Below are positions 45,023 through 55,139 of a DNA stretch of 64,000 nucleotides, piece by piece. Location of the stretch: NCBI GenBank assembly GCA_028819565.1, contig JAPPLD010000020.1, positions 32,099 to 96,098 on the forward strand, read 5' to 3'. The DNA comes from Gammaproteobacteria bacterium. GTDB lineage: Bacteria > Pseudomonadota > Gammaproteobacteria > Poriferisulfidales > Poriferisulfidaceae. The notes beneath the pieces are model-generated. The model worked only from the letters and a program-made list of their open reading frames with translations, was not told the DNA's origin and did not search any database. Numbering within the stretch: position 1 is the stretch's first letter; the number at the start of each line of letters is the position of its first letter. The translations under genes and the position numbers were made by a program.

Positions 45023-45949
45023 ATGTCTGAGCGTCTTACTCCGGTAGCACTTATTGCATTGTTGCTTGTTCTGCTGATCGGATCCATCTATATCTCCCAA
45101 AGACCGGCACCATTTTCGGAAGGTGTCTTCTGGGAGGTGAGCAAGGACGGCATGGTCGTCGGGCATATTCTCGGCACCCTCCACAGTAACGATGAACGCG
45201 TCACGCGGATCCCGAAACGAGTCATGGACGTGTTCGCGCAATCGTCGGCCTATGCCATCGAGGCATTTCCCGGAAGTGAATTATGGAATCCCTACCATGG
45301 GCTTCAGAATATTCGCGGCCGCATGATGTTGCCGGGCAAGCAGACCCTTGCGGAGGTTGCTGGTGAGGAAGTGGCGCAGAAGGTGTATACGATCCTCAAG
45401 AGCAATTACGTCGACGATGAGTTTGCACGGCGCGTAAAACCGTGGGCCGCGATCCACAGCCTCGCTATTAAGTCAGAGCACCAAGGGCCGATTGTGGATC
45501 AGAAGCTTCTGGATCTGGCGGTGCTGCAGGATAAAGAGTTGTATCAAATCGAGAGTCCGGAAGAATTGTTGGCTGCCTTCTATGCAATGCCGATGGATTC
45601 GCAGATCTCATTACTGAAAGACAAGTTGCGGGCCTTTCCGGAGATGCGTCACACCATGGAAGATATCGTTGTGGCTTATGGGCAGGAAAATCTGCAGGCC
45701 ATGATGGATCTGTCGACGGGCTTTATTGATAAGGACCCGAACAAACGGAAGCATTATGAGATGTATGTCAAGCATGCCATTGATATTCGAAGTATTGTGA
45801 TGACGCACTACATGGGCGCAGCGTTCCGCGAGGGCAATGCGTTCATTGCCGTCGGTGCCTTGCATCTGTATGGAAAGAACGGAGTGTTGGCGTTGCTCGG
45901 CCAAGACTTTTACGGTAGATACGCAGTCAAGCGAATTTTGATCAAGTAA
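45023..45949 (+). CDS. TraB/GumN family protein
   Basis: 308 aa. N-terminal signal/TM segment. FWEVSKDGMVVGHILGTLHSND matches the TraB/GumN GTxH motif region. Low GC. Confidence 0.6.
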   Translation: MSERLTPVALIALLLVLLIGSIYISQRPAPFSEGVFWEVSKDGMVVGHILGTLHSNDERVTRIPKRVMDVFAQSSAYAIEAFPGSELWNPYHGLQNIRGRMMLPGKQTLAEVAGEEVAQKVYTILKSNYVDDEFARRVKPWAAIHSLAIKSEHQGPIVDQKLLDLAVLQDKELYQIESPEELLAAFYAMPMDSQISLLKDKLRAFPEMRHTMEDIVVAYGQENLQAMMDLSTGFIDKDPNKRKHYEMYVKHAIDIRSIVMTHYMGAAFREGNAFIAVGALHLYGKNGVLALLGQDFYGRYAVKRILIK

Positions 45950-45996
45950 CCTGCTTGGTCTTGCTGTCGCGGAACAGGCGACAAAGGCACCTTTCG

Positions 45997-46689
45997 TCAA
46001 CTGCGTCCGTAAACCGGCACGATGGCGCCGTTAATAGATCTGCTGGATGGATTGGCGAGATGGATGATGGCAGCGGCGAGATCCTCGGGCGGCACCCACT
46101 TTGAATGGTCGGCATTGGGCATGTCGGAGCGATTCCGGGGGGTATCAATGGTGCCGGGCAAGATGCAGTTGGCCGTGATTCCGGTTTCGGCGCATTCAAG
46201 GGCAAGCACTTCCGTCAGGGTGACCACGGCTGCTTTCGAGACACAGTAGGGGGCCATTCGCGCCCCCGGTTTACGCACGGCGCGAGCCCCCACGTTGATG
46301 ATGCGGCCGAAATCAGCCTCTCGCATGATTGGTAGGGCGTACTTGCAAGCCAGCCAGGCAGTGACAGCGTTAATCTGAAACATGTCAATCCAGTCGTCCA
46401 GGGTCGTTTCTTCGACTGTTGGTCCCATCGCGAACCCGCCGGCGATGTTGGCAAGAATATCGATGCGGCCTTGCTGCTGGTGAATGGCGTTAAATGTTTC
46501 GTGTACGGAAGACTCATTGGTCAGGTCGCAGGCATGGACCGCCGAACTTGGCAGGTCTTCCAACCGTTTGGCATCGCAGTCCACGGCAACGGTAGTCGCA
46601 CCGCATTCCTCGAAGCGTCGAATTGTGGCTTGACCCAGCACCCCGGCTGCCCCGGTGACAATAGTGACGCGGTCGGTGAAGATGCTCAT
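45997..46689 (-). CDS. SDR-family short-chain dehydrogenase/reductase
   Basis: ORF 45997..46770. Start placed at Met28 (MSIFTDRVTIVTGAAGVLGQA, the TGxxxGxG motif), which avoids overlap with the upstream transporter gene. YxxxK in PYCVSK. Confidence 0.75.
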   Translation of the reverse strand: MSIFTDRVTIVTGAAGVLGQATIRRFEECGATTVAVDCDAKRLEDLPSSAVHACDLTNESSVHETFNAIHQQQGRIDILANIAGGFAMGPTVEETTLDDWIDMFQINAVTAWLACKYALPIMREADFGRIINVGARAVRKPGARMAPYCVSKAAVVTLTEVLALECAETGITANCILPGTIDTPRNRSDMPNADHSKWVPPEDLAAAIIHLANPSSRSINGAIVPVYGRS

Positions 46690-46714
46690 GGACGGGTCGA
46701 GTCTGGCGGTGGAT

Positions 46715-48403
46715 TCATTGTATGGCCCAGCCGGGGATTTCGCCCAACAGACCGAAGACCCAATGGCCAAGGCTAAAGACCAGCGTGGTCAATATGACGA
46801 CCGACAGGATGTCTAACCAAACTCCGGCGATGATCATCTTGATTATCGGGACCCGCCGTGAGCCGTAGACGATGGCATTGGGTGGGGTGGAGATAGGCAG
46901 CATGAACGCGCAGGAGGCGGCCAGAGCCGTCGGGATCAGCAGCAGCAAGGGGTGCACCTCGATGCCTAGCGCGAGACTGGCCATAATCGGGATGGCCGTG
47001 GAGGTGGTGGCCGTATTGGAGGTCAGTTCGGTCAGGCTGGTGATGAAACCGACCGTGCTCATGACAACCACAAGCGAACTGCTGTCGTGCAGCAGGATTT
47101 CAAATTGCTGAGCTGCCCAGGCAGACAGACCGGAAACGCCGAACCCCTTGGCCAGCGCTAGGCCGCCGCCGAAGAGAATCAATACGCCCCAAGGGACCTT
47201 GTTCACATCATCCGCATCCAACAGCCGGCCGTGAGTCGATTTGGCGGGAAGCGCGAACAGCAGGAGTGCCATGGCAATGGCAACTGTGCCGTCGTCGAGC
47301 ATTGAGCCGACGGCAGAAATATCGAGTCGGGCTAGGAACAGGTCCAGGTAATGGCTCCAGCCGAAGATGTCGACATCGCTGCCAAATAGGTGCTTCTTGC
47401 GGGTAAACCACAGGACGACCAGGGTAATGAATACCGCCAAGACTCTCTTTTCCTCGGGACTCATCGGCCCAAGTTCCCGGTGTTGCCGTGCAATCAGATC
47501 GCCACCGCTGAATTGACCCGTAGGAGGCAGGGGAAAGACCAGACGAGTCAGCAGCAGCCAAGCGCACCCCAAGAACAAGAATGAGAAAGGCATGGCCATC
47601 ATCGACCAGGAAGCAAACGAGATAGAAGGCGCATGGGGATAAAGTTGCTCAAACTGGGCGACCAGAATGGCGTTGGGCGGTGTTCCCGTCAGCGTGGCCA
47701 TGCCGCCGATGGAAGCGGCATATGCAAGCCCCAACAGCAGGGCAAAGGAAAAATTCCTCTCGCGGGGGTGCGGAGAAGTGTCGGCCGCGCTATGAGCCGC
47801 GTGGAATTCCTCGCGAAGCAGGACGACGGAGAGCGCGATCGGAAGCAGCATCATGGTGGTGGCGGTATTGGATAGCCACATCGACAGTAGGGCGGCCGCC
47901 AGCATGAATCCGAGTATCAGGGTATCAAGCCGATTGCCCATGACCCGAAGAATGTTCAGCGCAATGCGTTTATGTAGATCCCACTTCTGCACCGCGATCG
48001 CCACTAGGAACCCGCCCAGCAGGAGAAATGTCACCCAGCTCATGTACTGGCTGACCACGTTGTGGAGACTGATGCTCAGGTCGCCGGGAGCCAGCCCGCC
48101 GCTGAGCGCGGAGTCTCCGAAATCGACTTGCCTTGAAACATCGGTGTAGCGGCCCCGCATGATGCCCATGGCCGGGAACAGTACCAGCGGCATCAGGGCA
48201 GTCGCGGCGATCGGGATGGCTTCGCTGATCCACCAAATGGCCATCCAGGCGGTGATGGCCACCATGCGGGTGACCATCGGATTTCCGGGATCGAGATCTG
48301 TGAAGGCGAGAATCAGGACGAACGCCAACGGTCCGAGCCATAGCCCGACCCGGTTGCGCAGGGTGACCGGCCCGTCGTCATGCCATGTTGGGCGAGCGAA
48401 CAT
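46715..48403 (-). CDS. SLC13/DASS-family anion transporter permease
   Basis: 562 aa polytopic membrane protein with an internal duplication and hairpin-loop SNT motifs (WLSNTATTMMLLP / LTSNTATTSTAIP) characteristic of DASS transporters. Confidence 0.7.
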   Translation of the reverse strand: MFARPTWHDDGPVTLRNRVGLWLGPLAFVLILAFTDLDPGNPMVTRMVAITAWMAIWWISEAIPIAATALMPLVLFPAMGIMRGRYTDVSRQVDFGDSALSGGLAPGDLSISLHNVVSQYMSWVTFLLLGGFLVAIAVQKWDLHKRIALNILRVMGNRLDTLILGFMLAAALLSMWLSNTATTMMLLPIALSVVLLREEFHAAHSAADTSPHPRERNFSFALLLGLAYAASIGGMATLTGTPPNAILVAQFEQLYPHAPSISFASWSMMAMPFSFLFLGCAWLLLTRLVFPLPPTGQFSGGDLIARQHRELGPMSPEEKRVLAVFITLVVLWFTRKKHLFGSDVDIFGWSHYLDLFLARLDISAVGSMLDDGTVAIAMALLLFALPAKSTHGRLLDADDVNKVPWGVLILFGGGLALAKGFGVSGLSAWAAQQFEILLHDSSSLVVVMSTVGFITSLTELTSNTATTSTAIPIMASLALGIEVHPLLLLIPTALAASCAFMLPISTPPNAIVYGSRRVPIIKMIIAGVWLDILSVVILTTLVFSLGHWVFGLLGEIPGWAIQ

Positions 48404-48420
48404 AAGGCGCTATCTCTCTG

Positions 48421-48452
48421 AATAAAAAGCGCACGCAGAAGTGTGCGTGCGC
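48421..48452 (-). terminator. rho-independent terminator downstream of nrdB
   Basis: On the minus strand, AGCGCACGCAC-ACTTC-TGCGTGCGCT hairpin followed by TTTTTATT. Confidence 0.65.
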
Positions 48453-48474
48453 TAGGTTGGCACTCAACCGATCG

Positions 48475-49668
48475 TCAGTCCCAACTAAGTGCCCCTCCGG
48501 TCTGGTATTCGGTCACCCGGGTTTCGAAGAAATTCTTTTCCTTTTTCAGGTCCAGGGTTTCCGACATCCATTGAAACGGGTTCTGCGCGCCGGGGAATTG
48601 CGCTGGTAGGCCGATCTGGGCGAGTCTGCGATTAGCAATGAACTTGACGTAGTCCTCGAATACAGGAGCGTTCATCCCCAAGATACCGCGCGGCATGGTG
48701 TCGTAGGCGTAGGCAATTTCCAATTCCACGCCTTCCATAATCAAGTCGATCATCTGTTGCTGGAATTCTCCGGACCACAGCTGCGGATTTTCGATCTTGA
48801 TCTGGTTGATGACGTCGATCCCGAAATTCATGTGCATGGACTCGTCGCGCAGGATGTACTGAAACTGTTCGGCAACGCCGGTCAATTTGTTTCGGCGACC
48901 CATCGACAAGATCTGTGAGAACCCCACGTAAAAGAAAATTCCCTCGAAAACCACATAGAACGCGATCAGGTCGCGCAACAGGCGCTGGTCGTTCTCAAAA
49001 GTTCCGGTTTGGAAGTTCGGATCGCCTAGGCTCTGGGTGAAGGGAAGCGCCCACTCCGCTTTGCGCGCCACGGATGGTAGTTCGCGATACATGTTGAATA
49101 CTTCGCCTTGGTCCAGTCCCAGGGATTCGACGCAGTATTGGTAGGCATGGGTGTGAATGGCCTCTTCGAAGGCTTGACGAAGCAGGTATTGCCGGCATTC
49201 CGGGTTGGTGATGTGCCGGTATACGGCCAGCACTAGGTTGTTGGCCACCAGCGAATCGGCGGTGGAGAAGAATCCGAGGTTGCGCATGACGATCATGCGT
49301 TCGTCCTCGGTCAGGCCGTCCGGGTTCTTCCACAACTCGATGTCCGCGGTCATGTTGATTTCCTGCGGCATCCAGTGGTTGTTGCAGGCGGCCAGGTATT
49401 TCTCCCAGGCCCAGGTGTACTTGAAAGGAACCAGCTGATTCAGGTCAGCGCGACAGTTGATGATCTGCTTGTCATCGACTTGGATACGGGCCGCGCCCAT
49501 CTCTAGGGTCTCCAAGCCAGTGGCTCCGGCGCCAGTTTCGGCGTCGGGTGTTTCCGTGGCGACTGGAGCCTCGGGCAGACGAGGTTCTAGGGCGAGGTCG
49601 GCGGCTGGCGGTGGGGAGCTCGATGGAGAGAGCGGATCGTCCCAAGCGGTAGGAGTCATGGATGTCAT
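48475..49668 (-). CDS. nrdB: ribonucleoside-diphosphate reductase beta subunit (class Ia)
   Basis: 397 aa. Di-iron/tyrosyl-radical region and the C-terminal NrdA-binding tail. The N-terminal ~55 aa are Pro/Ala-rich; the true start may be Met57. Confidence 0.85.
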   Translation of the reverse strand: MTSMTPTAWDDPLSPSSSPPPAADLALEPRLPEAPVATETPDAETGAGATGLETLEMGAARIQVDDKQIINCRADLNQLVPFKYTWAWEKYLAACNNHWMPQEINMTADIELWKNPDGLTEDERMIVMRNLGFFSTADSLVANNLVLAVYRHITNPECRQYLLRQAFEEAIHTHAYQYCVESLGLDQGEVFNMYRELPSVARKAEWALPFTQSLGDPNFQTGTFENDQRLLRDLIAFYVVFEGIFFYVGFSQILSMGRRNKLTGVAEQFQYILRDESMHMNFGIDVINQIKIENPQLWSGEFQQQMIDLIMEGVELEIAYAYDTMPRGILGMNAPVFEDYVKFIANRRLAQIGLPAQFPGAQNPFQWMSETLDLKKEKNFFETRVTEYQTGGALSWD

Positions 49669-49695
49669 AGTGATCCTCCTTCGTAGGTTCGGGGA

Positions 49696-52602
49696 CTACT
49701 GGCAAGCCTCGCAATCCTCGTCCATGGAGCAGAACGAGGCGGCGTCTTCGCCGGTGTCCGGAGTGGTCGCACTTGCGGCGACCGCGTTGAGTTGGCTGCG
49801 CTCGTCACCGGTACTTTTCTCAACGTGTGTGGCGCCGAGCGAGCGCAGATAGTAAGTGGTCTTCAGGCCGCGCACCCAAGCCAACTTGTACAGGTTGTCG
49901 AGATCGCGTCCGGAAGGCGTAGCCATGTAGAGGTTTAGTGATTGCGCTTGGTCGATCCACTTCTGCCGGCGCGAAGCGGCTTCCACCAGCCAGCGCGGAT
50001 CCAGTTCGAATGCTGTGATGTACAGCTGTTTGATCTCGTCCGGGATGCGGGCGATGTCCTGAATGCCGCCGTTGTAGTGCTTGAGGTCGTTGATCATCAC
50101 ATCGTCCCACAGGTCTTCCTTCTTGAGGTCGCGTACCAGATACAGGTTGATGACCGTGAATTCGCCGGACAGGTTGGACTTCACGAACAGGTTCTGGTAA
50201 GTGGGCTCGATGCTTTGCGTCACGCCGGTGATATTGGAGATGGTGGCGGTCGGTGCGATAGCCATCGTGTTGGAATTGCGGATGCCAAGGCGCACTTTTT
50301 CGCGCAGGTTGTCCCAGTCCATCGTGGTGTCGGCGTTGACCTGATAGAACCGTTCGTCGCCGCGCGTCTGGCGGACCCGTTCCATTGAATCGATAGGCAG
50401 GATCCCTTGGGACCATAGCGAGCCTTGGAAGCTCGGATAAGCGCCGCGTTCCTGAGCCAAGTCAGCAGATGCGTCAATGGCGAAGTAGCTGACCGCCTCC
50501 ATGGATCGGTCGGCGAAATCGATCGCTTCGTCGCTGGCGTAGGGGATACGCAACTGATACAGCGCGTCCTGGAAACCCATCAGGCCCAAGCCGACCGGGC
50601 GGTGGAGCAGGTTGGAACGGCGCGCCTTGGAGACGCTGTAGTAGTTGTAGTCGATCACGTTGTCCAGCATGCGCATGGCGGTCCGCACGGTGCGCTCGAG
50701 TTTTTCCATCATCAGGCCGTTTTCGTCGACGTGAGCCGCGAGATTGATGGAACCAAGGTTGCACACGGCGATCTCGTCGTCGGAAGTATTGAGCGTGATT
50801 TCGGTGCACAGGTTGGATGAATGGATGACGCCATGGTGCTGCTGCGGGGAGCGCAGATTGCAGACATCCTTGAAGGTAATCCAGGGATGACCGGTCTCGT
50901 AGAGCATGCCCAGCATCTTGCGCCACAGATCCTTGGCGCGGACTGTCTTGAAGTTCGAGACCTGTCCGTTTGCCGCCATCGCTTCATATTGGGTGTAGCG
51001 GGCTTCGAACGCTTCGCCGATCAAGTCATGCAGGTCGGCTGTGTCACTCGGGCTGAAGAGGGTCCAGTCTCCGTCGTCAGCGACGCGTTTCATGAACAGG
51101 TCGGGAACCCAGTTGGCCGTGTTCATGTCGTGCGTGCGTCGCCGGTCGTCGCCGGTGTTCTTGCGCAGCTCCAGAAATTCCTCGATGTCCAGATGCCAGG
51201 TTTCGAGATAAGCGCACATGGCGCCCTTGCGCTTGCCGCCCTGGTTGACGGCGACGGCCGTGTCATTGGCCACCTTGAGGAATGGCACCACGCCCTGGGA
51301 GCGGCCGTTGGTGCCCTTGATGTGCGAACCCATGGCGCGAATCCGGGTCCAGTCGTTGCCAAGGCCGCCGGCGAATTTGGACAGCATGGCATCGTCCTTG
51401 ATGGAACTAAAGATGCCGTCCAGATCGTCTGGCACGGTGGTCAGATAGCACGAGGACAGTTGCGGGCGCAGGGTGCCGGAGTTGAACAAGGTCGGGGTTG
51501 AACTCATGAAGTCGAAGGTCGACAGCAGGTTGTAGAACTCGATGGTCCGGGCCTCCCGGTCCACTTCGGGACCGGCAAGGCCCATGGCCACGCGCATAAA
51601 AAAGGCCTGAGGCATTTCGAAACGGGTGCTGTTCGAGTGTATGAAGTAGCGGTCATACAATGTCTGCAGGCCAAGGTAGGTGAATTGCATATCCCGCTCC
51701 GGCACGATGGCGGCCGCGAGTTTTTCCAGGTCGTATTCCTGGGCCAGATGCGGGCTGAGCAGTTCGAGTGTGGTGCCGCGGCGGATGTAGCGGGGGAAGT
51801 AGTCGGCGTAATCGACCGTCATTTCCACGCTCTGTGTCTGCACGGGTGCGTCATAGACGAATCCCGTTGCTTCCTGGTGCAGGCTGTGCAGCAGCAGGCG
51901 CGCCGCGACAAACGTGTAATTCGGTTCCTTCTCGATCAAGCTGCGGGTGCTGATCGTCAACTGGCGGTCGACCTCGGCTTCGGGGACGCCGTCATACAGG
52001 TTTCGGCAGGCCTCTTCCACGACGGGGTCGGGCTCGACGTCATCAATGCCCCGGCAGGCTTCCTCGGCGAGTTTGCGCAGGCGCTCCGTGTCCAGCGGGC
52101 GCAGGGAACCATCGGCAGCCTTGACTTGAAGGGGGGTGGCAGGCCGCCCCTCAGTGCTTTTCTCTTCTGCCTCTTTCTCGGCACGTTCGCGGGCGCGTTC
52201 CTCCCGGTACAGCACGTATCTCCGGGCCACCTTGTGGTGACCTCCACGCATCAGGGCCAACTCCACGTGATCCTGGATATCCTCGATATGAAACGTGCCG
52301 TTTTCCGGATGACTGCGGGTTAGAGCATGAACGGTCTGCCGGGTGAGGTCGGCGACTATCTCATGAATGCGGCTGGAGGCGGCAGCGGTACCGCCCTCAA
52401 CGGCGAGAAACGCCTTGGTAATGGCGACTTGGATCTTGGATTCGTCGAAAGGTGTCAGTTGCCGATTGCGTCGAATAACTCTATATTTTCCAGGGGCGGT
52501 GGCTTGGAGGCTGGCCTCGGTGGGAGCGTTCGGACGCGGCACGCCGGCAGCAATGCTCGGCTTGTCGATGGCAGGCTGTTCGGGGGTGGCTTCGGTGGTC
52601 AT
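49696..52602 (-). CDS. nrdA: ribonucleoside-diphosphate reductase alpha subunit (class Ia)
   Basis: 968 aa. N-terminal ATP-cone(s). Catalytic core with NLCTEI / CNLGSINL motifs. C-terminal CxxC redox tail (CSMDEDCEAC). Confidence 0.9.
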   Translation of the reverse strand: MTTEATPEQPAIDKPSIAAGVPRPNAPTEASLQATAPGKYRVIRRNRQLTPFDESKIQVAITKAFLAVEGGTAAASSRIHEIVADLTRQTVHALTRSHPENGTFHIEDIQDHVELALMRGGHHKVARRYVLYREERARERAEKEAEEKSTEGRPATPLQVKAADGSLRPLDTERLRKLAEEACRGIDDVEPDPVVEEACRNLYDGVPEAEVDRQLTISTRSLIEKEPNYTFVAARLLLHSLHQEATGFVYDAPVQTQSVEMTVDYADYFPRYIRRGTTLELLSPHLAQEYDLEKLAAAIVPERDMQFTYLGLQTLYDRYFIHSNSTRFEMPQAFFMRVAMGLAGPEVDREARTIEFYNLLSTFDFMSSTPTLFNSGTLRPQLSSCYLTTVPDDLDGIFSSIKDDAMLSKFAGGLGNDWTRIRAMGSHIKGTNGRSQGVVPFLKVANDTAVAVNQGGKRKGAMCAYLETWHLDIEEFLELRKNTGDDRRRTHDMNTANWVPDLFMKRVADDGDWTLFSPSDTADLHDLIGEAFEARYTQYEAMAANGQVSNFKTVRAKDLWRKMLGMLYETGHPWITFKDVCNLRSPQQHHGVIHSSNLCTEITLNTSDDEIAVCNLGSINLAAHVDENGLMMEKLERTVRTAMRMLDNVIDYNYYSVSKARRSNLLHRPVGLGLMGFQDALYQLRIPYASDEAIDFADRSMEAVSYFAIDASADLAQERGAYPSFQGSLWSQGILPIDSMERVRQTRGDERFYQVNADTTMDWDNLREKVRLGIRNSNTMAIAPTATISNITGVTQSIEPTYQNLFVKSNLSGEFTVINLYLVRDLKKEDLWDDVMINDLKHYNGGIQDIARIPDEIKQLYITAFELDPRWLVEAASRRQKWIDQAQSLNLYMATPSGRDLDNLYKLAWVRGLKTTYYLRSLGATHVEKSTGDERSQLNAVAASATTPDTGEDAASFCSMDEDCEACQ

Positions 52603-52687
52603 TTTTGTATGTCCCTCTTTTAGGTTTAGACCCCATCCGGGAGGCTACTGGATTCCCGGACAAGTCCCTTTCGACTGTGGAAAGAGA

Positions 52688-52739
52688 TTACCACAATATA
52701 TAGGGTTAATCACACGTGTCAAGCACTATAAGCGGTGGA
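52688..52739 (-). promoter_or_regulatory. candidate tandem NrdR boxes upstream of nrdAB
   Basis: Two AT-rich partial palindromes, CCACAATATATAGGG and CACTATAAGCGGTG, ~33 bp apart in the nrdA 5' region. They resemble the NrdR operator consensus (acaCwAtATaTwGtgt). Confidence 0.35.
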
Positions 52740-52973
52740 ATAGACCTCGAATTTAAGTGGAGAAATCTCTGAAATTCTGTGGAAAACATCAAAACAGGCG
52801 GGGAAAAGCGCTTATCTGGTTGGTTTATCGAGGAGTATGGCCGGAAAAGTATGAACAATTCATGACTATTCTGGTTTTGTATAGCAATCCTGTTTTCAAT
52901 AATTTATATTTATGAAAGAGGGGTTTGGCGCGCCGCGCGGGGCAAATTCGGGATTTTCTGGTATGGTTTCGGC

Positions 52974-54146
52974 ATGAATACTCCTGCCTCCGCATCCGGA
53001 ATCCAGGCTGAAACCGACCTCTGTGTCAAATGCGGCCTTTGCTTACCGCATTGCCCGACTTGGCGGGTTCATCGCCGCGAAGGAGACTCTCCGCGCGGTC
53101 GCGTCGAGTTGATTGCAGCGCTGGCTGGCGGACAAGTAGAATCCAGCCCGACGTTGCAGGCTCGGCTGGATGGTTGTCTGATGTGCCGGGCCTGCGAAAG
53201 CGTCTGTCCTGCCCGGGTTCCATTTGGTCGCTTGATGGATCAGGCCCGTGAGCGCTGGCCTGCCCGTGGAGTCTGGTGGAGCCGCCTGTTCTGTTCCGCA
53301 GTTGGTCGGTCCCTGCTGCGTTTCGGATTCTGGTTGGCGGCTGCTAGCGGACTTGCTCGAATCGGCCAGCCGTTGCTTGCTTTGTTGCCAGAGGCCGTCG
53401 TGCTGCGGCGCAAGCGCCTGTCAAAGACCGGGAGCCTTGAGATCGGGCTGTTTACGGGATGTGTGTCGGATGCTGTGGACCGGGCCACGCTCAACGATGC
53501 GGCAACTTTACTGGAACGCTGCGGTGCTCGAGTCGCATGGATCGAAGGATCAGGTTGCTGTGGCGCACTGGATCGACACCAAGGCAATGTCGCGAATGCT
53601 GACGCGCATGTCCAGAGCAACGCTGCGCGCATCGACCTGCAAGCATTCGACCGTCTGGTTTCGGTCGCCACCGGATGCGCGGCGGAACTGATGGACTACC
53701 CGCAGATGCTAGGCGGTGAAGAGGCCGCAGCTTGGGAGGGCAAGCACTGCGAAGTGATGGCCTATTTGGCGTCCCGTCAGGAAAAACTTTCATTCCGGCC
53801 CTTACGGAAGGCGGTCATGCTGCATCATCCCTGCAGTGCACGCAATGTGTTGCGGGAAACCACTTTGACCGCGCACCTGTTGCAAAAGATCCCGGATTTG
53901 AACGTGATCGAATCTAGGAGCGTCCAGTGTTGTGGCGCGGCCGGCGTGACCATGTTTCGTACGCCGCAAATGGCCCAGGCCTTGGCAGACGACCTTGTCG
54001 AGGAATTCTCACGCAGTGGGGCGGAAGTCCTGGTGACGTCCAACATTGGCTGTGCGCTGCATTTGCGTGGGGCGTTTCGTGCGGCCGGCGTGGATGTTGC
54101 CGTCAAACATCCCGTAAACTTGTTGCGTGAGCAGTTGCGAGATTAG
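52974..54146 (+). CDS. (Fe-S)-binding protein, GlcF/GlpC-like (two 4Fe-4S ferredoxin motifs plus two CCG domains)
   Basis: 390 aa. CVKCGLCLPHCP and CLMCRACESVCP ferredoxin motifs. C-terminal Cys-rich CCG-type repeats (GSGCCGA, VQCCGAAG). Confidence 0.6.
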   Translation: MNTPASASGIQAETDLCVKCGLCLPHCPTWRVHRREGDSPRGRVELIAALAGGQVESSPTLQARLDGCLMCRACESVCPARVPFGRLMDQARERWPARGVWWSRLFCSAVGRSLLRFGFWLAAASGLARIGQPLLALLPEAVVLRRKRLSKTGSLEIGLFTGCVSDAVDRATLNDAATLLERCGARVAWIEGSGCCGALDRHQGNVANADAHVQSNAARIDLQAFDRLVSVATGCAAELMDYPQMLGGEEAAAWEGKHCEVMAYLASRQEKLSFRPLRKAVMLHHPCSARNVLRETTLTAHLLQKIPDLNVIESRSVQCCGAAGVTMFRTPQMAQALADDLVEEFSRSGAEVLVTSNIGCALHLRGAFRAAGVDVAVKHPVNLLREQLRD

Positions 54147-54148
54147 AC

Positions 54149-54784
54149 ATGCGCCGAATGAGCCCACTGGATCACTTGCTGAATGAGGCTGGCCGCTGGC
54201 TTTCCGATTTCCACCCTCCACCCGGAGCAGCGCGGGCTTATCCGGCGGAGTCGTTGCCCGACGACAAGTTGAGCGAATCCCGGAAGCGGGAATCTGCCGC
54301 ATTCATGCGGGTCAACCATGCGGGGGAAATCGCGGCGCAGGGTTTGTACTTGGGGCAAGCCTTGACAGCGCGCAGTGAAGCGGTCCGCACGCACATGCGG
54401 ATGGCGGCCCGGGAGGAAACGGATCACCTGCGCTGGTGCGAACAGAGACTGCGTGAACTGGATTCGAGAGTCAGTTGGTTGACCCCGGTTTGGGGCTTGG
54501 GGTCTTTGGCCATCGGAGTTGCCGCCGGCTTGGCCGGGGATCGCCGGAGCTTAGGCTTCGTGGAGGAGACGGAACGTCAGGTTGGCGCGCATCTGGAGTC
54601 CCACCTGGTGCGTCTGCCGGAGGAAGATACGCGGAGTCGTGCGGTGGTCAAGCAGATGAGAGAAGACGAGGAAAGCCACCGTCGGCAAGCGGCCGAAGTC
54701 GGTGCCGAGAGAGTGCCAGAACCCGTGCGCCATGGTATGGCTGCTGCCGCCCGGATGATGACAGGGACCGCATATTGGCTGTAA
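54149..54784 (+). CDS. coq7: demethoxyubiquinone hydroxylase Coq7 (di-iron carboxylate)
   Basis: 211 aa. RVNHAGEIAAQGLY and the EExxH motifs (REETDHLRW, EDEESHRRQ) are typical of the Coq7 family. Confidence 0.8.
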   Translation: MRRMSPLDHLLNEAGRWLSDFHPPPGAARAYPAESLPDDKLSESRKRESAAFMRVNHAGEIAAQGLYLGQALTARSEAVRTHMRMAAREETDHLRWCEQRLRELDSRVSWLTPVWGLGSLAIGVAAGLAGDRRSLGFVEETERQVGAHLESHLVRLPEEDTRSRAVVKQMREDEESHRRQAAEVGAERVPEPVRHGMAAAARMMTGTAYWL

Positions 54785-55139
54785 CAAATGTGACAGCCGA
54801 TAAAACATATAAATTCATTATAAATCAATAATCTTGACAAGTGTCTGCCATAGTGTATATTTTTCGGAGACGGACCCACCATCGTCAAGACGGGACTAAG
54901 ACCCATGCGTTCTTCTTTACACAGGGAAGTGTTTTGGTGGCTTGCGGTATTGGCTGGCACGGAAAGACGAAAAAGTAGCAGTGCTGGCCGGTCGGGCATG
55001 AGGGCAATCCCTCGTCTCCGGTTGATCCTTTCCCAAACATCCCGGCATTTGCCGATTCTCGATATCACCCGGCGGGAGTTTTCCGGTCATGCCGAGCGGT
55101 ATGGAGTGGCGGGCGGAGCCTGGGAACGGAGACGGAATA

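Noticed and set aside
48475-49668. N-terminal ~55-aa Pro/Ala/Thr-rich extension of NrdB treated as a novel domain
   Set aside because: More likely an over-extended start call (Met57 MGAARIQV... gives a normal NrdB N-terminus), or a common low-complexity N-terminal extension. Not evidence of new function.
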